A DNA stretch of 64,000 nucleotides from Amoebidium appalachense (GCA_963693365.1 CAVNZM010000002.1:15781615-15845614), one strand, 5' to 3'; shown: positions 20,201-42,601, counted from the stretch's first letter. Notes: generated by a model from the letters alone, not told the origin. Numbers and translations are program-made.

Positions 20201-20551
20201 TTTGAAAACCTTCGGAGCATAACCTCAATAAAATGACGACTTGAAGTCAGTAAACACGTCACAAACACTAGCGACACTGTAATTGTTTTGTCTATATATG
20301 GTAATTTCTCTTTTCAGACATGCCTAATAAAAAAACCCCTCGGGAAAGGTGAAGTAGCCCGAGTCAGGCGCACATAACAGAGGTTGTACAGACGTCCTGC
20401 CTTCTCACTTGGAGCTTACACCCATGTTAGTTTGGGTGGAGACCTGCATGTTCGAGATCTCTTGCCGCCCTTGTGGTAGACTAACGACTAACGATTAACA
20501 GACTACGTACCCCGTCAGACTACAGACTTCCGGGAATATTTCATACTGAAA

Positions 20552-20756
20552 TGACGTCACACTGAAATGCTCCCATATATGGAAGTATCTCAGGCTGACG
20601 TCACTTGCCATAGCAATTTCAGCCGGCGGCGGCTAAATTTTGCTAGTCTGACAGTGTACATAGTCTGTTTTGAACCTTTCCTCCTTAAGGCCTGGGCCGG
20701 AATTTCGCGGTGCCGCATGCCAAAAGTTGACGTCCTTCCGAAGTCATATGACGTCA
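20552..20756. promoter_or_regulatory. Cluster of CRE/ATF-type palindromes
   Basis: TGACGTCA at 20552, 20596 and 20749, plus TGACGTCC at 20728, in microsatellite-free DNA. Confidence 0.3.
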
Positions 20757-21418
20757 GTAAGCATATCCTTTAGTTACCTTAATTAATGTTGCTGACCACG
20801 CCCGCCAGGTGGCCCAGCCTGCTTAACAATGTGTAACCGAGCACATTGATTGGTTTTTTCCCATATATGGAACAACATATTTTTAGGCATCGCCAGACAA
20901 GGTGCGCAATGCGAAAAAGCCATCTGAGAGTGAATGGACAACTCGGATCATTCTGCAAAGCACTACATGTATACAAATCCCGAGGGAAGGGGGGGGGGGG
21001 GGGGAGGGGGGGGGAAGGAGATTTATTCAAGAAGCATTCTGCCCGTCCGCAATGGTAGTATATTAAACTTACTACTGGCAGGATTATTTTACAAAAAGGT
21101 TGGAAAACTACCATTTCAAAAGCTGAATTACCCTGCAAAGAGCAGAAACATTCTGACATTGGTTTCAGCAAAGCAAATCTGCTGATATGGTCGAGTCTTT
21201 GACTGTGTACTTCGTACAACTGAAAACATTCCAAACCCCTCTTACCCCCCTTCCTCCATCCGTCCTCCCCTTTGACTAACACCCTCCCCCCTCTCCCCCC
21301 TCCTCCCCCCAGCTCCTCTCCCCCCCCTCCCCCCTAACTTGAACATTACATGCTGCCGCACACAAACAAAGGTCACCTAAAACCCGAGCCCTTCAGTCTC
21401 TCCCCCCCTTCCCCCCCC

Positions 21419-21459
<41 letters not shown>

Positions 21460-21736
21460 CCCCACCCCCTCCTGTTCCTAAGCCTTTCTAGAAAGGTTGG
21501 TATCATATCACCCCCCCCCCCCCCCCCCCCCCTCTTTCTAAGAAAGGCTGGTGCCATAGTGCGGCGCGCACGGGGGGGGGGGGGGGGGGGGGAGTGGGTA
21601 TGTTGGTTTGCGCTTGAGGATGTGGGTTGGAGAGGGGGTTGGAAGGGCTCTAATAAGGTGGTGGCTGGGAAAGTCAATGGAGGAGATCAATCAAACGGCA
21701 TTGCTATTTTGTTACAGGCAAATAGGTCGACAGCCA

Positions 21737-21965
21737 AAGTGTTAAAGTTGATAACCTTTTACACGTAGGCGTATATCCATGCAGTAGAGACGAGCAACTC
21801 TCTTGATATCAGTGTGAATTCGATCTGTAGCCCACAAAAAACAAGAACGTTTACACGGTATGTCAGCAAGACATGTGAACAGTTACTACTACAACCTCTA
21901 AGCGAGCGGTGGGAAAGAGGGGAAGGGCAGGTGGGTGGTGGTGGTGGTGGTGGTGTTTGTGTGTG

Positions 21966-22042
<77 letters not shown>

Positions 22043-24997
22043 TATGGGTTGACACACAGGTGTGCACGAGCAAGAAGCAAACTCCCGTGACTAAATCATC
22101 CGTTTTGAGAAAGTAGCCAATGATGGGGAAGTGCTCTGCAGGGTTTGGTGTGGTGGAAAGGTGTATGTATCATGCATGTGCATACAATGTCGTGGTTGGC
22201 CTGGGAAACAAACTGGAATGTAAAACCATAGGGAAGTTCATCCATTCCCTTCGATACCATATCGGAAAACATGACACCACGGGGAGGGTGGGGAGGAGGG
22301 GGGGGGGGGAGAGGGGGGAGTGGATGGGGGAGGGAGGGAGGGAGGCCACTCCGAAACAGGCCTAAGGTTACCTGTGATCCGTTAAAATCGAGTAAGGACC
22401 CCCCCTTGGAGAATTGGGGGGGGAAGGGGGGGGGAGAGAGAGAGGTCTATGTGAATGTGGTGTAATAGAGTACACTTATAAGTTAATAGACGCTGTGGCA
22501 TGATCTACACACCCGTTTTTTAACAACCTCTAGCTGTGCAGTAGCTTCAGTTTTTGTGTCGGAGCAAAAAGAACCCCATCGTCTGCTCGTGCCTCCGTGT
22601 GTTTGCTTCACCCGGCACTGGAGGGGGGGGGGGGGGGGGGGGGGGGGGGAGGGGAGGGGGGGGGGGGAGGGGGAGGGGAGGAGGGAGAGGGAAAGGGGAC
22701 GGGGGGAGGAGGGGGTCAGCCAACCCTTTCTCCGAACCGAGTGAGAGGGAGGAGGGGGCTCCAGGTGGTGGAGGTGGTGGTGGTGTGTGTGTGTGTGCGG
22801 GGGGGGGGGGGGGGGGGGGGAGGGGGGGGAGGTAGGGGGGGGGGGGGGGGGGCGGAATGGGGAGATGGGAGGAGGGGGGGCGGGGAGGTGGGGGGGAGGG
22901 AGGGATGGCTGAGAGGGCAAGGAAGGAGCTGAAAGGTTGAGCAGGGGTCCCACAGCGGGTGTATTTGTGTGTGTGTGTGGACAGGCGGGTGCCCAGGTGG
23001 ATGTGAATGTGCATGGAGGGGAGGGGAGGGGAGGGAGGGGGGGGGGGGGGGGAGGGGGGGAAGAGGTGCAAACACTGTCCATGATTTGGCCCAGGGAAAA
23101 GTCTTTTTTTTTTCCCCCGGGGCGGGGGGGGGGGGGAAGGGGGGAAGGGGAGGGGGGAGGGGGGGGGGGGGAGGGGAGGGTCTGCTAGGGCGAAAGAGAC
23201 GGGGGGGGGGGGGGGGGGGGGGGGGGAGGGGGAGGGGGCGGATGGAGGACAGGAAAAGGGGGTTGGGGGGGGGGGGGGGGGGGGCTGAAGGGAACAGAGA
23301 GTGGAAACGTGAGGATGATTGAATTTGGGTCCATACCTGTGTTGCACAGCATAGGTGCTCGAAAATGGTGCGTTTGGAGTCCTCGTCAGAGCTTTAACAA
23401 CGTGTTGCATGGAAAAACACTTGAAGGTGAGGGGGGAAAGGGAGCATGTAAGGGGAAGAAGGGATAAGGGAAAAAGTAGGTGCGTATTTATATCAAAGGA
23501 AAAAGGAACAGGTGTGTGTATGTGTGGTTTGGGGGGGGGGGGGAGGGGGGAGGAGGGTAGTGTCAGGGAGAAGAGAGAGATTCTGGGGGGGGGGGGGGGG
23601 GGGGGGGGGGGAGGGGAGGGGGAGGAGAGGGGGGGGAGAAGCGAGGTGGTATATAGCCTGGTTTTAATGTACCATTAGGGGGGGGGGAAGGAAGGGTTGA
23701 GGGATACTCAGCCAACAAAAAGAACAAAAAGGAAAGACACTGATGAATTATATTTGATAATTCATCACTAAGTGGCAGGCAAGGAAAAACAAACACGTGT
23801 GTACACGTGGCGTGTGTGAGGGCGCATGCGGGGGAGGCTCGTGCACTTGTGTGCGAATTGGGATGATATGTGTATGTATGATCAGCATGTGTGTTCAGTC
23901 TATTCTTGTGTGCTATTGGTTGGCGGAGAAGCGCAGTCTGATAATAATAGCCCAGGTTGACCCACCGTGAAGACGAGGAGATTTCAACATAAGCCGATCA
24001 ATATTCTCACGGCCGCGGGGAAGGAAGTGCACAGGGGGCCTCCATGATGAGTAATAGACCTTTGAGTATGCCATGCGGGAGGTGTTGGTGGTGCTGGAGG
24101 TGGAGGGGAGGGGGGGGAGGGGGGTGTGGAGGGGGTAGGATGGGTGGGTGGGGTTTTTTTTCAAGGTTTTTTTTGGGGGGGAGGGGGGGAGGGGGGGGGG
24201 AGGGGGGAGGGGAGGAAGGGGGGGGGGGGGGGGGGGGGGGGGAGGAGAGAAGGAAGGGGGGGGGGGGGGGGGGGTGGGGGGGGTGGATGGGTGGGTGGGT
24301 GGGTGGGTGGTGGTGGTGGTGGTGGTGGTGGTGGTGGCGTGTGTGTGGGGGAGGGGGAGGGGAGGACAGAGGGGGACGGGGGGAGGGGAGGGGGGGTAGG
24401 GGGGGGGGGGGGGGGGGGGAGGGAGGTGGGTGGGTGGGTGGGTGGGTGTGTGGTGGTGGGGTGTGTACATGTGTATGTGTGTGTGTGTGGGGGGGGGGGG
24501 GGGGGGGGGGGTCTGTGTGTGTGTTGGGGAGGGGAGGGGGACGGGGGTGGAGGTGGGTGGGTGGGTGGGCTGGTGGGTGGGTGGTGGTGGTGGTGGTTGT
24601 GTGTGTGTGGAGAAGGGGGGGGGGAAAGGGGGGGGGGGGAGGGGAGGTGATAAGGTGAAATCGGAGAAGGCAGGCATATGCATGCGGGGAGGGGCTGAAG
24701 GGAGGGGGGAGGGGGAGGGGGGCGGGGGGGAGTGGGGAGGGGGGACGGGGGATTATTTTGTCTTTGCATGTGACTGTGAGCCAGCCTGTACACAGGTTTT
24801 GCACAACTTCGTGAAAAATTTTTTTTTCACCGTCAATATCACCGTGTGGTTTTTCGGGGTTTATTTTCTCACCTTTTCGTGTTGCCGGTTGCAAGTCTTC
24901 GAACGTGAGTCCACCGGTACTAACCATTGCCAACTTGGATTTGGTCTGCAAAAAAAACACGGGGAATGTAGAGGGAGGAGGGGATAAACGTGTGTAT

Positions 24998-25028
<31 letters not shown>

Positions 25029-25257
25029 GGGGGAAGAGGGGGAGGGTGGGGGAGGGGGGGGGAGGGGGAAGGAGGGGGGGGCGGGGGGCGGGGGGGCTGC
25101 TTGCTTTGTGTTTGAGGGGTGGTCCGTATGTTATGTTTTCATGTGTGTGTGGATTGCACGGGTCGTAATTGGAGTTTATACATTTATTTTGAGGCCAAAA
25201 TCTCAGAAGTACATGCAGTGTGTGCAGGCACAGCCAAACAGCACACACGATCATCAA
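21737..25257 (-). CDS. Possible cryptic multi-exon gene of unknown function
   Basis: Unique-sequence islands between G tracts, some with splice-like ends: about 24786-24936 (MVSTGGLTFEDLQPATRKGEKINPEKPHGDIDGEKKIFHEVVQNLCT), 23337-23392, 22483-22618, 22077-22136 (HFPIIGYFLKTDDLVTG), 21737-21825 (RIHTDIKRVARLYCMDIRLRVKGYQL*). No complete model could be assembled. Confidence 0.25.
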
Positions 25258-25662
25258 ATCTTAAAAACGCTTTAATAAGCTTCCTCAAGTTAGAAAGCGA
25301 AGCACGTGTAGTAGTACAAATAAGATTGCAAAGAACAATAAACTACAAGAAAAGGATCAACAAATATGTAACAAAAGGAATGGAGCTTTCGTTAATGGAC
25401 ATCTCAGTAAGACATTAAATCGTTAGATTCTTAAAGCATTGTTTAATTGGATACTAGCACCTTAATAGAGTTACTACACAACACAAATCATTCTCACAAG
25501 CCTTGGTCTCTTACGTATGTAGATGAAATCACGAGACACTCCAGCTAAATGCATTCTTTTAGCCCTACAATTGCTTGCTTTTATCATATCTAACTGAATA
25601 ATTACCTAAAACTACCATAAATGGTAACTTTAACCCATATTAGGCAACACCCAATCATCCAC

Positions 25663-26189
25663 CTACTGGGCCCATCCAGCCGACTTCTTCACAGCCAGGT
25701 GCCAGCGCTCCACCTTTTCCTTTCGCACCTCCTCTGCCATATTAGGAAGGAACTTGCGCCCCACCTTCCAAATCGAGCGCACATCATCCGTGTTCTCATA
25801 CACCCCGACGGCCAACCCGGCGGCGATTCCCGCACCCAAACCCACAATGTCGGTTGTGATTGGGCGGACAACTTCCATATTCAGCAAGTCGGCAATAAAC
25901 TGCATCATGGTGTTGTTGACTACGGCATGCCCGTCCACCTGCAGACGGTGGATCTCGGGGGCTTGGTCACGGCGCATGGCTTGGATGATGTCGTTCACCT
26001 GGGGGGGGGGGGGGGGGGTTTAGAATGTGACGCGGAACATGGAAGAGTGGGGTTGGGAGTTTCAAAGTAACTGCTGCTTTCTGAAAGGGTAACGGGGAGA
26101 CGAGACGACATGGCGGGAGGTTAGGCTGGGCGGAAGAGCGGAATGGGTGGGTGGGTGGGTGGATGGCGGTGGTGGTTTTTTTTTTTTTT

Positions 26190-26220
<31 letters not shown>

Positions 26221-26466
26221 GGGGGGAGAATGGGGAGGTGAGGAGGTCAAGCCCCGGCTTGATAGTTTAATCCTAAGGGGGGGTAGGAGTGTGTGCGGCC
26301 AGGGTTAAGGGTGGGTGGACTAACTACCGTAGTGAAAACTCTGATAGGAGCTATTTAATGTATTTGCGGTTATGTAGGTAGGTTCAGTAAACCCATGGGT
26401 GTACATGATCGTATGGGTGAGAACGGGGTAGGTGGACGGAGGGGGAAGGGGGAGGTATTGCAAGGA

Positions 26467-26501
<35 letters not shown>

Positions 26502-29500
26502 AGGGGGGGGAGGGGGGGGAGGGGGAGCAAAAAAAAGGGCAGGCGGGAGGGCTGGGGTGGAGGGTGGGGGGAGTTAACCAACCTGGTAGGCGACAGACTC
26601 GATCACAGCCCTGCACACATGGTTTGCATTCGTGTACATGGTCATGCCGATGATGGCAGCACGTGCATCCTCGTACCACTGGTCCGCATACACTCCGAAA
26701 AACGCTGGAACAAAATAGATCCCACCGTTGTCCTCCACCTGCTTGGCGCGGTTTTCAATACCAAATGCACTGTCGATTATGCCAAGGTTATCTCTTAGCC
26801 ACTCAGCGGGATAACCTGCCGTGCCGCCGATGTATGATTCAAGGGTGTATGTGGTGGGGGCGTCAGGGCCCAGTTTGTATGCGGGGGTAGTCAGCAGGCC
26901 CGTGTTAGAGTGCACTGGCTTGGTGCCGGTGTTGACCATGATGAAGCACCCCGTGCGGAAGGTCACCTTGGCCTGCCCGGCCTGTGGACGTGGGAGATGT
27001 ATTAGTAAAGGGTGGGTTAGATCAAAGGTTTGAGGGGTGGGTGGGTGCTGGGTTGAGTGTGTGAGTGTGGAGTTGGGGAAGTTGGGTGGGGGATGGGGGT
27101 TGGGTAGATGGGTGGGTGGGGGGGGGTGGGGGGTGTGGTGGGGGGAGGGGGGCGGGAGAGCATGCCTTTTTTTTTCTTTTTTTTTTGGGGGGGGGGGAGG
27201 GGGGGCTGAGGGGAGGGTGAACGGCTAGGGTTAGGAGCGAGTGCGGGCAGGTGGGGGGGAAGGGGGAGGGGAGGGCTGGAGAAGAGGGATAGGGCTTTGG
27301 AGGGGGGGGAGGGGGGAGGGGGGGGGTATACAAGGGGGGGGGGGGGGGGGAGGGGGGGGGTATACAAGGGGGGGGGGGGGGGGAGGGGGTTGGGAGTGAC
27401 GGCATGGTAACAGATGTGCAGGCGAACCATGTTGGTCATGGTTTGCGCGGAGATAGACGGGGGCAGGAAGAGAGGGGGGAGGGGGGGAGAGGGGTGAGGG
27501 GGTGAGGCTGCAGGATGAAGAATCGTGAGCGGGAACGGTAAAGTTGCTAATCACTTTGCCATGCAATCGGGGGGGTGGATAAGGGCTGAGTGTACAACAA
27601 TGTGTGTTTTTTTGGGTGTCTGTTCCTGTACGTGCATGTGCGTGCGTGTGTGTTTGCGTGGGTGTATGTGTGTGCGAGTGCGCATGCGTGTGTTCGTCCA
27701 CCAGCATAAAGTCGTTACATTTCATATTTGTTTTTCATGCATACACACCTCGAAGCAAGCCTGGCCCACAAGCGAAGCCTGCTGATTGGCCAGTACGGCC
27801 GCAATGGGCACCTTCACACCGCTGGCCGTGGTGTAGTGGCCATAGACCTCGGCACTCGATCGAATCTCAGGGAGACACTTAGGAGGTACCCCAAAAGCCG
27901 CACAGAGCTCTGGGTCCCACTGGCACGTTTTGATATTCATGAGAAGGGTGTGGCCTGTGACAGGAACGAGGGGTGAGAAAACATAATGATTATCGGGAGA
28001 AGGAAAGGTGTCTAATTGAGATGGTGGGTGCTAAATGGCATCCCCGGGGGGGAGAAGGGGAGGGGATGGAAAGATGAAAGAGGTCGGTCAAACCAGGAAG
28101 CATAAATAGAATCCGTCAGAAAGCAACCAAATTCTTTTATTAGTGTATGTTTCCTTTGCAGCGGATTGCCCCTGGGGAGTGAGTGGGGAGAGAGGTAAGG
28201 GGAAAAGGAGCAAGCGGCCAGGCAGCCAAGGGGGGGACGGAAGGGGGGAATTGAGGGGGGAGGGGGGGAGGAGGGGGGGGGGAACGGAGAGGGAGGGAGG
28301 GGGGGAGGGGGGGGGGGAGGGGGGTTATTTGTACGTACCAGCGTTGGAGACATCAGTCACGTGCACACCACCATTGGGGCCACCGGTCAGATTCCACACT
28401 AGCCAAGAGTCCATAGTGCCAAATAAGGCAGTACCATTTTCCAGCGCCTCCTTGACCCCCTTAACATTCTCCATCAGCCACCTTAATTTGGGTGCGCAGA
28501 ACGCCTTCCCCACCGGCAGGCCTGCTTTCTCTTGGAAGATCATGCGGTCGCCATATGATTTGCAAATTCCGCTGGTGCGTGTGTCCGTCCATGGGATGTT
28601 GTTGTAAAGCGGCTTGCCAGTTGCCTTGTCCCAAACAATAACAGCACTGCGCTGAGTGGCAATACCAATAGCCTGGCCATGGGGAGGACAGGAAGTGTAA
28701 GAAAGGGGCAGCAGGAAAGCGCGGGCGGAGGGGGGGAAGAGGGGAAGGGGGGGGGGGGGGGGGGGGGGGGACATTTAAAAGAATGCAACGTCCAACCACA
28801 TTGGCGTCATATAGACAAAACTCGATGATTCGCATCATCCCCGTCCGCCTACGGAGAATTGATGTGTGGTATGGCGTGTTCTGTTCTTGCGCACACTCTT
28901 TTCCCTTTCTATTTAGGGGCGAGGGGAGGGGGGGGGGGGGGAGGGGTGAGGGGGGTTGCAGTTGGGAGGGGTATAAGTGGCGGGGGGTGGGGGGTTGGGG
29001 GGAGGGAGGGAGGGGGTGGGAGGGGAAGGGATTTGTGGTGCTAACAATAGCATGTCACGGATACCCCTCCCCAAGGCCAGATAAACAAAGCGGCCAATGG
29101 CGTTACGCAAAACCAACGCTGCACTTACTTATTAGAGTTATGTGTCAAGTCAACAAAATGTAATATATGTGGTGTATGAAAGTCACAAATATTCATGATC
29201 TATTGGTAGGAGCACATGCTTATAACATTACAGGTACAAAAGCCTGAACAACACACCGCATTCACACGACCTGCCCACAAGTTCACAAAGGTGCACAGAG
29301 AGAGATGCACTTGCACGAATACAAACACCACATATCGCACACACACCTTCACACGCTCGGTCTCGTCAACCCTGGAGAGACACTCCTCAATGCACATGCG
29401 CGAGTTCTCCCAAATTTCGGTGGCATTCTGCTCCACCCACCCCTCCTGCGGGTGGATGTCTCTGTGCTCGGCTGTGTAGCTGTACTCAATCTCCCCTCCG

Positions 29501-29574
29501 GACCGTGCCTTGAACAGCGTGAACCTGGTGTTCTTGGTGCCCTGGTCCAACGCGCCGATCAGGTTGTGTGCCAT
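25663..29574 (-). CDS. Glycerol kinase-like FGGY-family protein, 500 aa, catalytic motifs substituted
   Basis: Exons 29347-29574, 28339-28672, 27749-27954, 26583-26981 and 25663-25998 splice in frame (GT-AG). Motifs LDQGT, PQEGWVEQ, WDKATGKPLYN, FGTMDSWLVWNLTGG, HVTDVSNA, GLLTT, YFVPAF. Confidence 0.92.
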
Positions 29575-30437
29575 GGTGACTCAGTTCACCTTTTTACTAA
29601 AAGTAATGACTTGGTTTGTTTGATAATACAATATGGATTTGTCGTGGTTTTTTTTTTTTTGCTCTTTTTTTTGCGACTCGCAAGACTGAGAAGGTGGCCA
29701 GTGTGGCTGATGGTTTTATTTTATACCTTTGAACCTGCGGCCAGTGCCCGCGTGACACGGGAATCCGGATCTGGATGGCTCACAAAAGCAGCCAATCACA
29801 AGACTTAATATGTAACCAATAACGGCGTGTGTGAGCTTTGGAATGTCGAGGAACAATCGCTCTTAAGACTTGCAGTGGCCGGTGCTGGTAAATGACTCTA
29901 ATGAAGAGCATAAGCAAGAATGCTGCAAAATAATGCAAAGCAGATGCCATCAAATGAGTAAAAATCTTTTCTGATAAACCTCGAATACTCTCCAAGGCCG
30001 CTATGTACAAGTTGTGCTTGTCACAAGGGAAAATGAAGTACGTGAGGAAGCGTTCAATTAGGCAAGGCCTAACGAGACCATAAATGGAGTACCAAACTAT
30101 TTGTCTATTGGCTAGATTGATCAGATCATATGATTGGCAGATATCGCACCACGGCTTGGCCCACCGCGACCAGTGCTTTTTGGAGCACCGTCGTCCACCG
30201 ACCGGCCGCCGCCCCAGCCGTGGGGCTGTAGTACACGCAGAGTCTCTGCAGTGCGCGTGCCGTGATCCACGGAATAATTCCGGTCCTCGGATGGAAGCTT
30301 CTCTTTCCACAGTAGGAAGGTGCTCAAGGTCATCAAGGTCATGAGCCGTGTTCCCCGAGAATCACCCCCAAGGCCTCCTTCTCTGACAATAGGCACCTTG
30401 AATGATTTATCCCCCCCCCCCCCCCCCCCCCCCCCCC

Positions 30438-30480
<43 letters not shown>

Positions 30481-30586
30481 ACGGAGAACCTGCTGAACCC
30501 TGTTCCGTAGTAGAAAAATTATATGCAAAAGGTAGAAATCAATGAGGGAAAAACGAAAGAAAAAGATCTAAGTAACGGTGCGCTTA

Positions 30587-30622
30587 TGTGTGTGCACGTG
30601 TGTGTGTGTGTGTGTGTGTGCG

Positions 30623-30668
<46 letters not shown>

Positions 30669-30691
30669 CGTGTGCGTGTGCGTGTGTGTGT

Positions 30692-30762
<71 letters not shown>

Positions 30763-30930
30763 TGCGTGTGTGTCTGTGTTTGTGTTTGCTTGTGTATCAA
30801 TGTGTGTATGTGTGTGTTTGTTTGTATCTGGGTCAGAGTGTGTGTTTGTGTGGGTGTGTTTCTGTGTACGGTGTGTGTGCACGTGTCTGTGTGCCGGTGT
30901 GTTTGGATGCGTGTATGTGTGGGTGTGTGT
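30587..30930. repeat. Long (TG)n/(TGCG)n compound microsatellite
   Basis: Seen directly. Confidence 0.9.
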
Positions 30931-31136
30931 TTGTGTCTGGTGTTCAGCGAGTCAGGAACAACTACTAATATTTAGCCTCGAGCTCACTCTACGACACCCC
31001 GGTGGGGATCGCATGGGCTAGATGTAGCTGAAACCCCATGGGGGGCATGTCCGGACGTCCATAGATAGTGCGTATCCTGGCAAATTTTCAGTCAAGTTGG
31101 AAAATGACCAAATTTCATACTTTTTTTTTTCTTTTT

Positions 31137-31167
<31 letters not shown>

Positions 31168-31198
31168 GGAGGAAGAGCGAAGAGCGAGCGAGCGAGCA

Positions 31199-31350
<152 letters not shown>

Positions 31351-33351
31351 GATTGGTTATGCGCTATGTACTACAGTGCTAAAGGGTGCAGTGAAAATTC
31401 ACTGCCCAAATCCATCATTCAAAGCTCGAGACCGTGACCCTCAATCATCATGGCAGCCGAGGGCCCTGGGGGGGGGGGGGGGTCCCCCCCCCCCTCCTTC
31501 CCTAGTCCGGGCCCTCCGGTCACCAAACTAACCAACAAAGACAGATGGTGGATGCCCCTCCCTCCCCCCCTCCCCCCTCCCCCCCCGCCGCGGGGAAAAA
31601 AAAGCCCCTCTCAACCTCCCTCCTATTCCCCCTCCCTAAAAGAAAAACTTACGTATCTTGGAAATCACGGTCTGCCACTGTTATCCCCTCTTAACGTTTC
31701 GTTGAGAGCCCAAATATTAATGGAAGGCACACGCCTGTGGAAAAGAGGACGGGTATACCTGATCCAGATTACCAACTGGTGCTGTTGACGTGCATCTAAA
31801 TTTGAAGGAGTGGCCTTTGGACCATCTCCGGGCTGATCATAATGTCCTAAGAAGGCCTTTTTTATTTCACCCTGTGTTATTCCCAGAGGATCCCTCAGGC
31901 TCCCTCAGAGAAACTAACGTCTTCCAGCCAGCAATTGACTATACGCTCTCTAGCTCGGGTGCTACACCGTCAGCTACTAGCTAACACACCATTTAATTTA
32001 AATCCCAACTTAGAATGTATTCGTACACACTTCAACCCAGGGTTTTCACCCCAGCCTCGCTGGTGGGTAACCTAAGAAAGCCAAAGTGGGTGTTATGCAT
32101 TTGATCGCATGGCCTTCTCTGAGCCACATACGGTGCCTCCTAAGGCTAGATTCCTCTCTCTCTCTTGTCGAATCTGTTAGGCTAAGCGTCGAATCTCGTC
32201 CGAAGGCTTCCCATCCCTCCCCCCCCCCCCCCCCCCCCCCAATCATAATTTGGGGCAGTGGTTGCCCAAAAATCCTAACCCCCCTCCCCTCCCCCGCCCT
32301 CCCCACGTTTGCCCCCGGCCTTCCCACTTTTGTGGGCCGCGTATGATACTTAAATAGTAGTAGTAGATGACTTGACCCGATGCATATCCAGTAATTCAAT
32401 ACCGTAGATATCGCCGGGCTTTGCAAATTTGAAAGCCCACTCGACTTCCCGTCAGCTTAACTATTACCCTGTGTTCCTGGACTCAGCATGGCTGTTCACG
32501 GTTAGAATGAACGTTGATGCAGCTATGATGTTCAGGTGCATGCACATCAGTGAACCGTGGTCAGACTATAAACATGCTCACTTACGGGCAAGCAATGAGC
32601 TGTCGCGCATATTGCTTGGCCACACCAGGCTGTACAGCAATTAGCACTTGACATAATGTTAGCTAATACATATTGTACAAGTGCACAACCATGGATCGAT
32701 GCACCATGGCAGTCGCCATGTGAAGTTGGCCCTGAGGCCACCCATGGGTACACAATGGCCATGGCCATGTGGTCGTGCCATCCCAAGATGACCATGACTC
32801 ACTTGCCACAGATCCTTACATCTACGTGAAAAGTGGTGAATAACGAGTTATTCGTCAATGCCTTGCATTCTCACACTATTCCATGTTCTAAATTTCTAAT
32901 ATGTATAACGGGGATCGAGCTTTGCCTTTATTTGCCTATGTATAGATTTATGTATATCCCTAAGGCTATAAATAGCTGCTTGGCCCTCCGCTAAACTTTT
33001 TCGATCACGGGCCGGGTCGCCATTTGCAGCCCGTACCGACCCCAATGTTTGCGGCTTGTTTCCGGGGTCCATCGTCCCAACAGCCGCTTGTCAGTCAAGA
33101 AGCCGAAAGATAAGTTTTTTTTTTTTTTTTTTTTGGGTGCGCATCCTAGTGGCCGATCGTTAGCCCATTTTTCAGGAGATGTAGGTGGGTGCTTGCACCC
33201 ATGACGCAGGAAAACACGTGGCATAGAAGAGAACAGAAACTGCTAGGCCTACACACACGCCACCACGGCCTTGGCACGGCCGTACAGTACAGCACACACT
33301 AGTGCCCTAGTAGTACAGTTTTGGGAGGGAGATTAGGGACGGGGGGAAAAA

Positions 33352-41991
<8,640 letters not shown>

Positions 41992-42467
41992 TGTGCCTGC
42001 TTGTGTACGTGTGTGTACGTGTGTGTGCGTGTGTGTACGTGTGTGTGTGATGCCTGGGTGCACACCCACACGTGCGGTTGTGCGGTTGTGTGTGGTGTTC
42101 CAATATGCACTTGTGTTTATGTAGGGTGGGTGGATGGTGTGTGGGGGTTAGATAGATGGGTAGGGTTGGCGTGACATTAGGATATTGTGGGTTTAGAATC
42201 TCTGCTTGTGTTAGGTCTGTGTGAAAGTGTCACTGCGGGGTGTGTATCCCTGCTTTATGTTGTCACCTCTCTCTCTCTCCCTGCTCCCCATTATTGTGTG
42301 TGTGCATGTAGATGTGTCGGCCAAGCTGGCCACGAGGGTACAGACTGTATGTAATTCTATGCCCGTCTGTTGGGGCTCTATTTTGCTATTAAACACAGGT
42401 GGTGCGGTTAGATTGACGGTGGTGATTGTCAAAAACAACTACCCCCCCCCCCCCCCCCCTCCCCCCC

Positions 42468-42507
<40 letters not shown>

Positions 42508-42539
42508 ACCACCACCACCACCACACCCCAAAACAACTA

Positions 42540-42601
<62 letters not shown>

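Noticed and set aside
33264-33303. Hairpin plus CTAGT before the PP1 ATG
   Set aside because: Short stem, lies in the probable 5' UTR or promoter, no Helitron 5' end seen.
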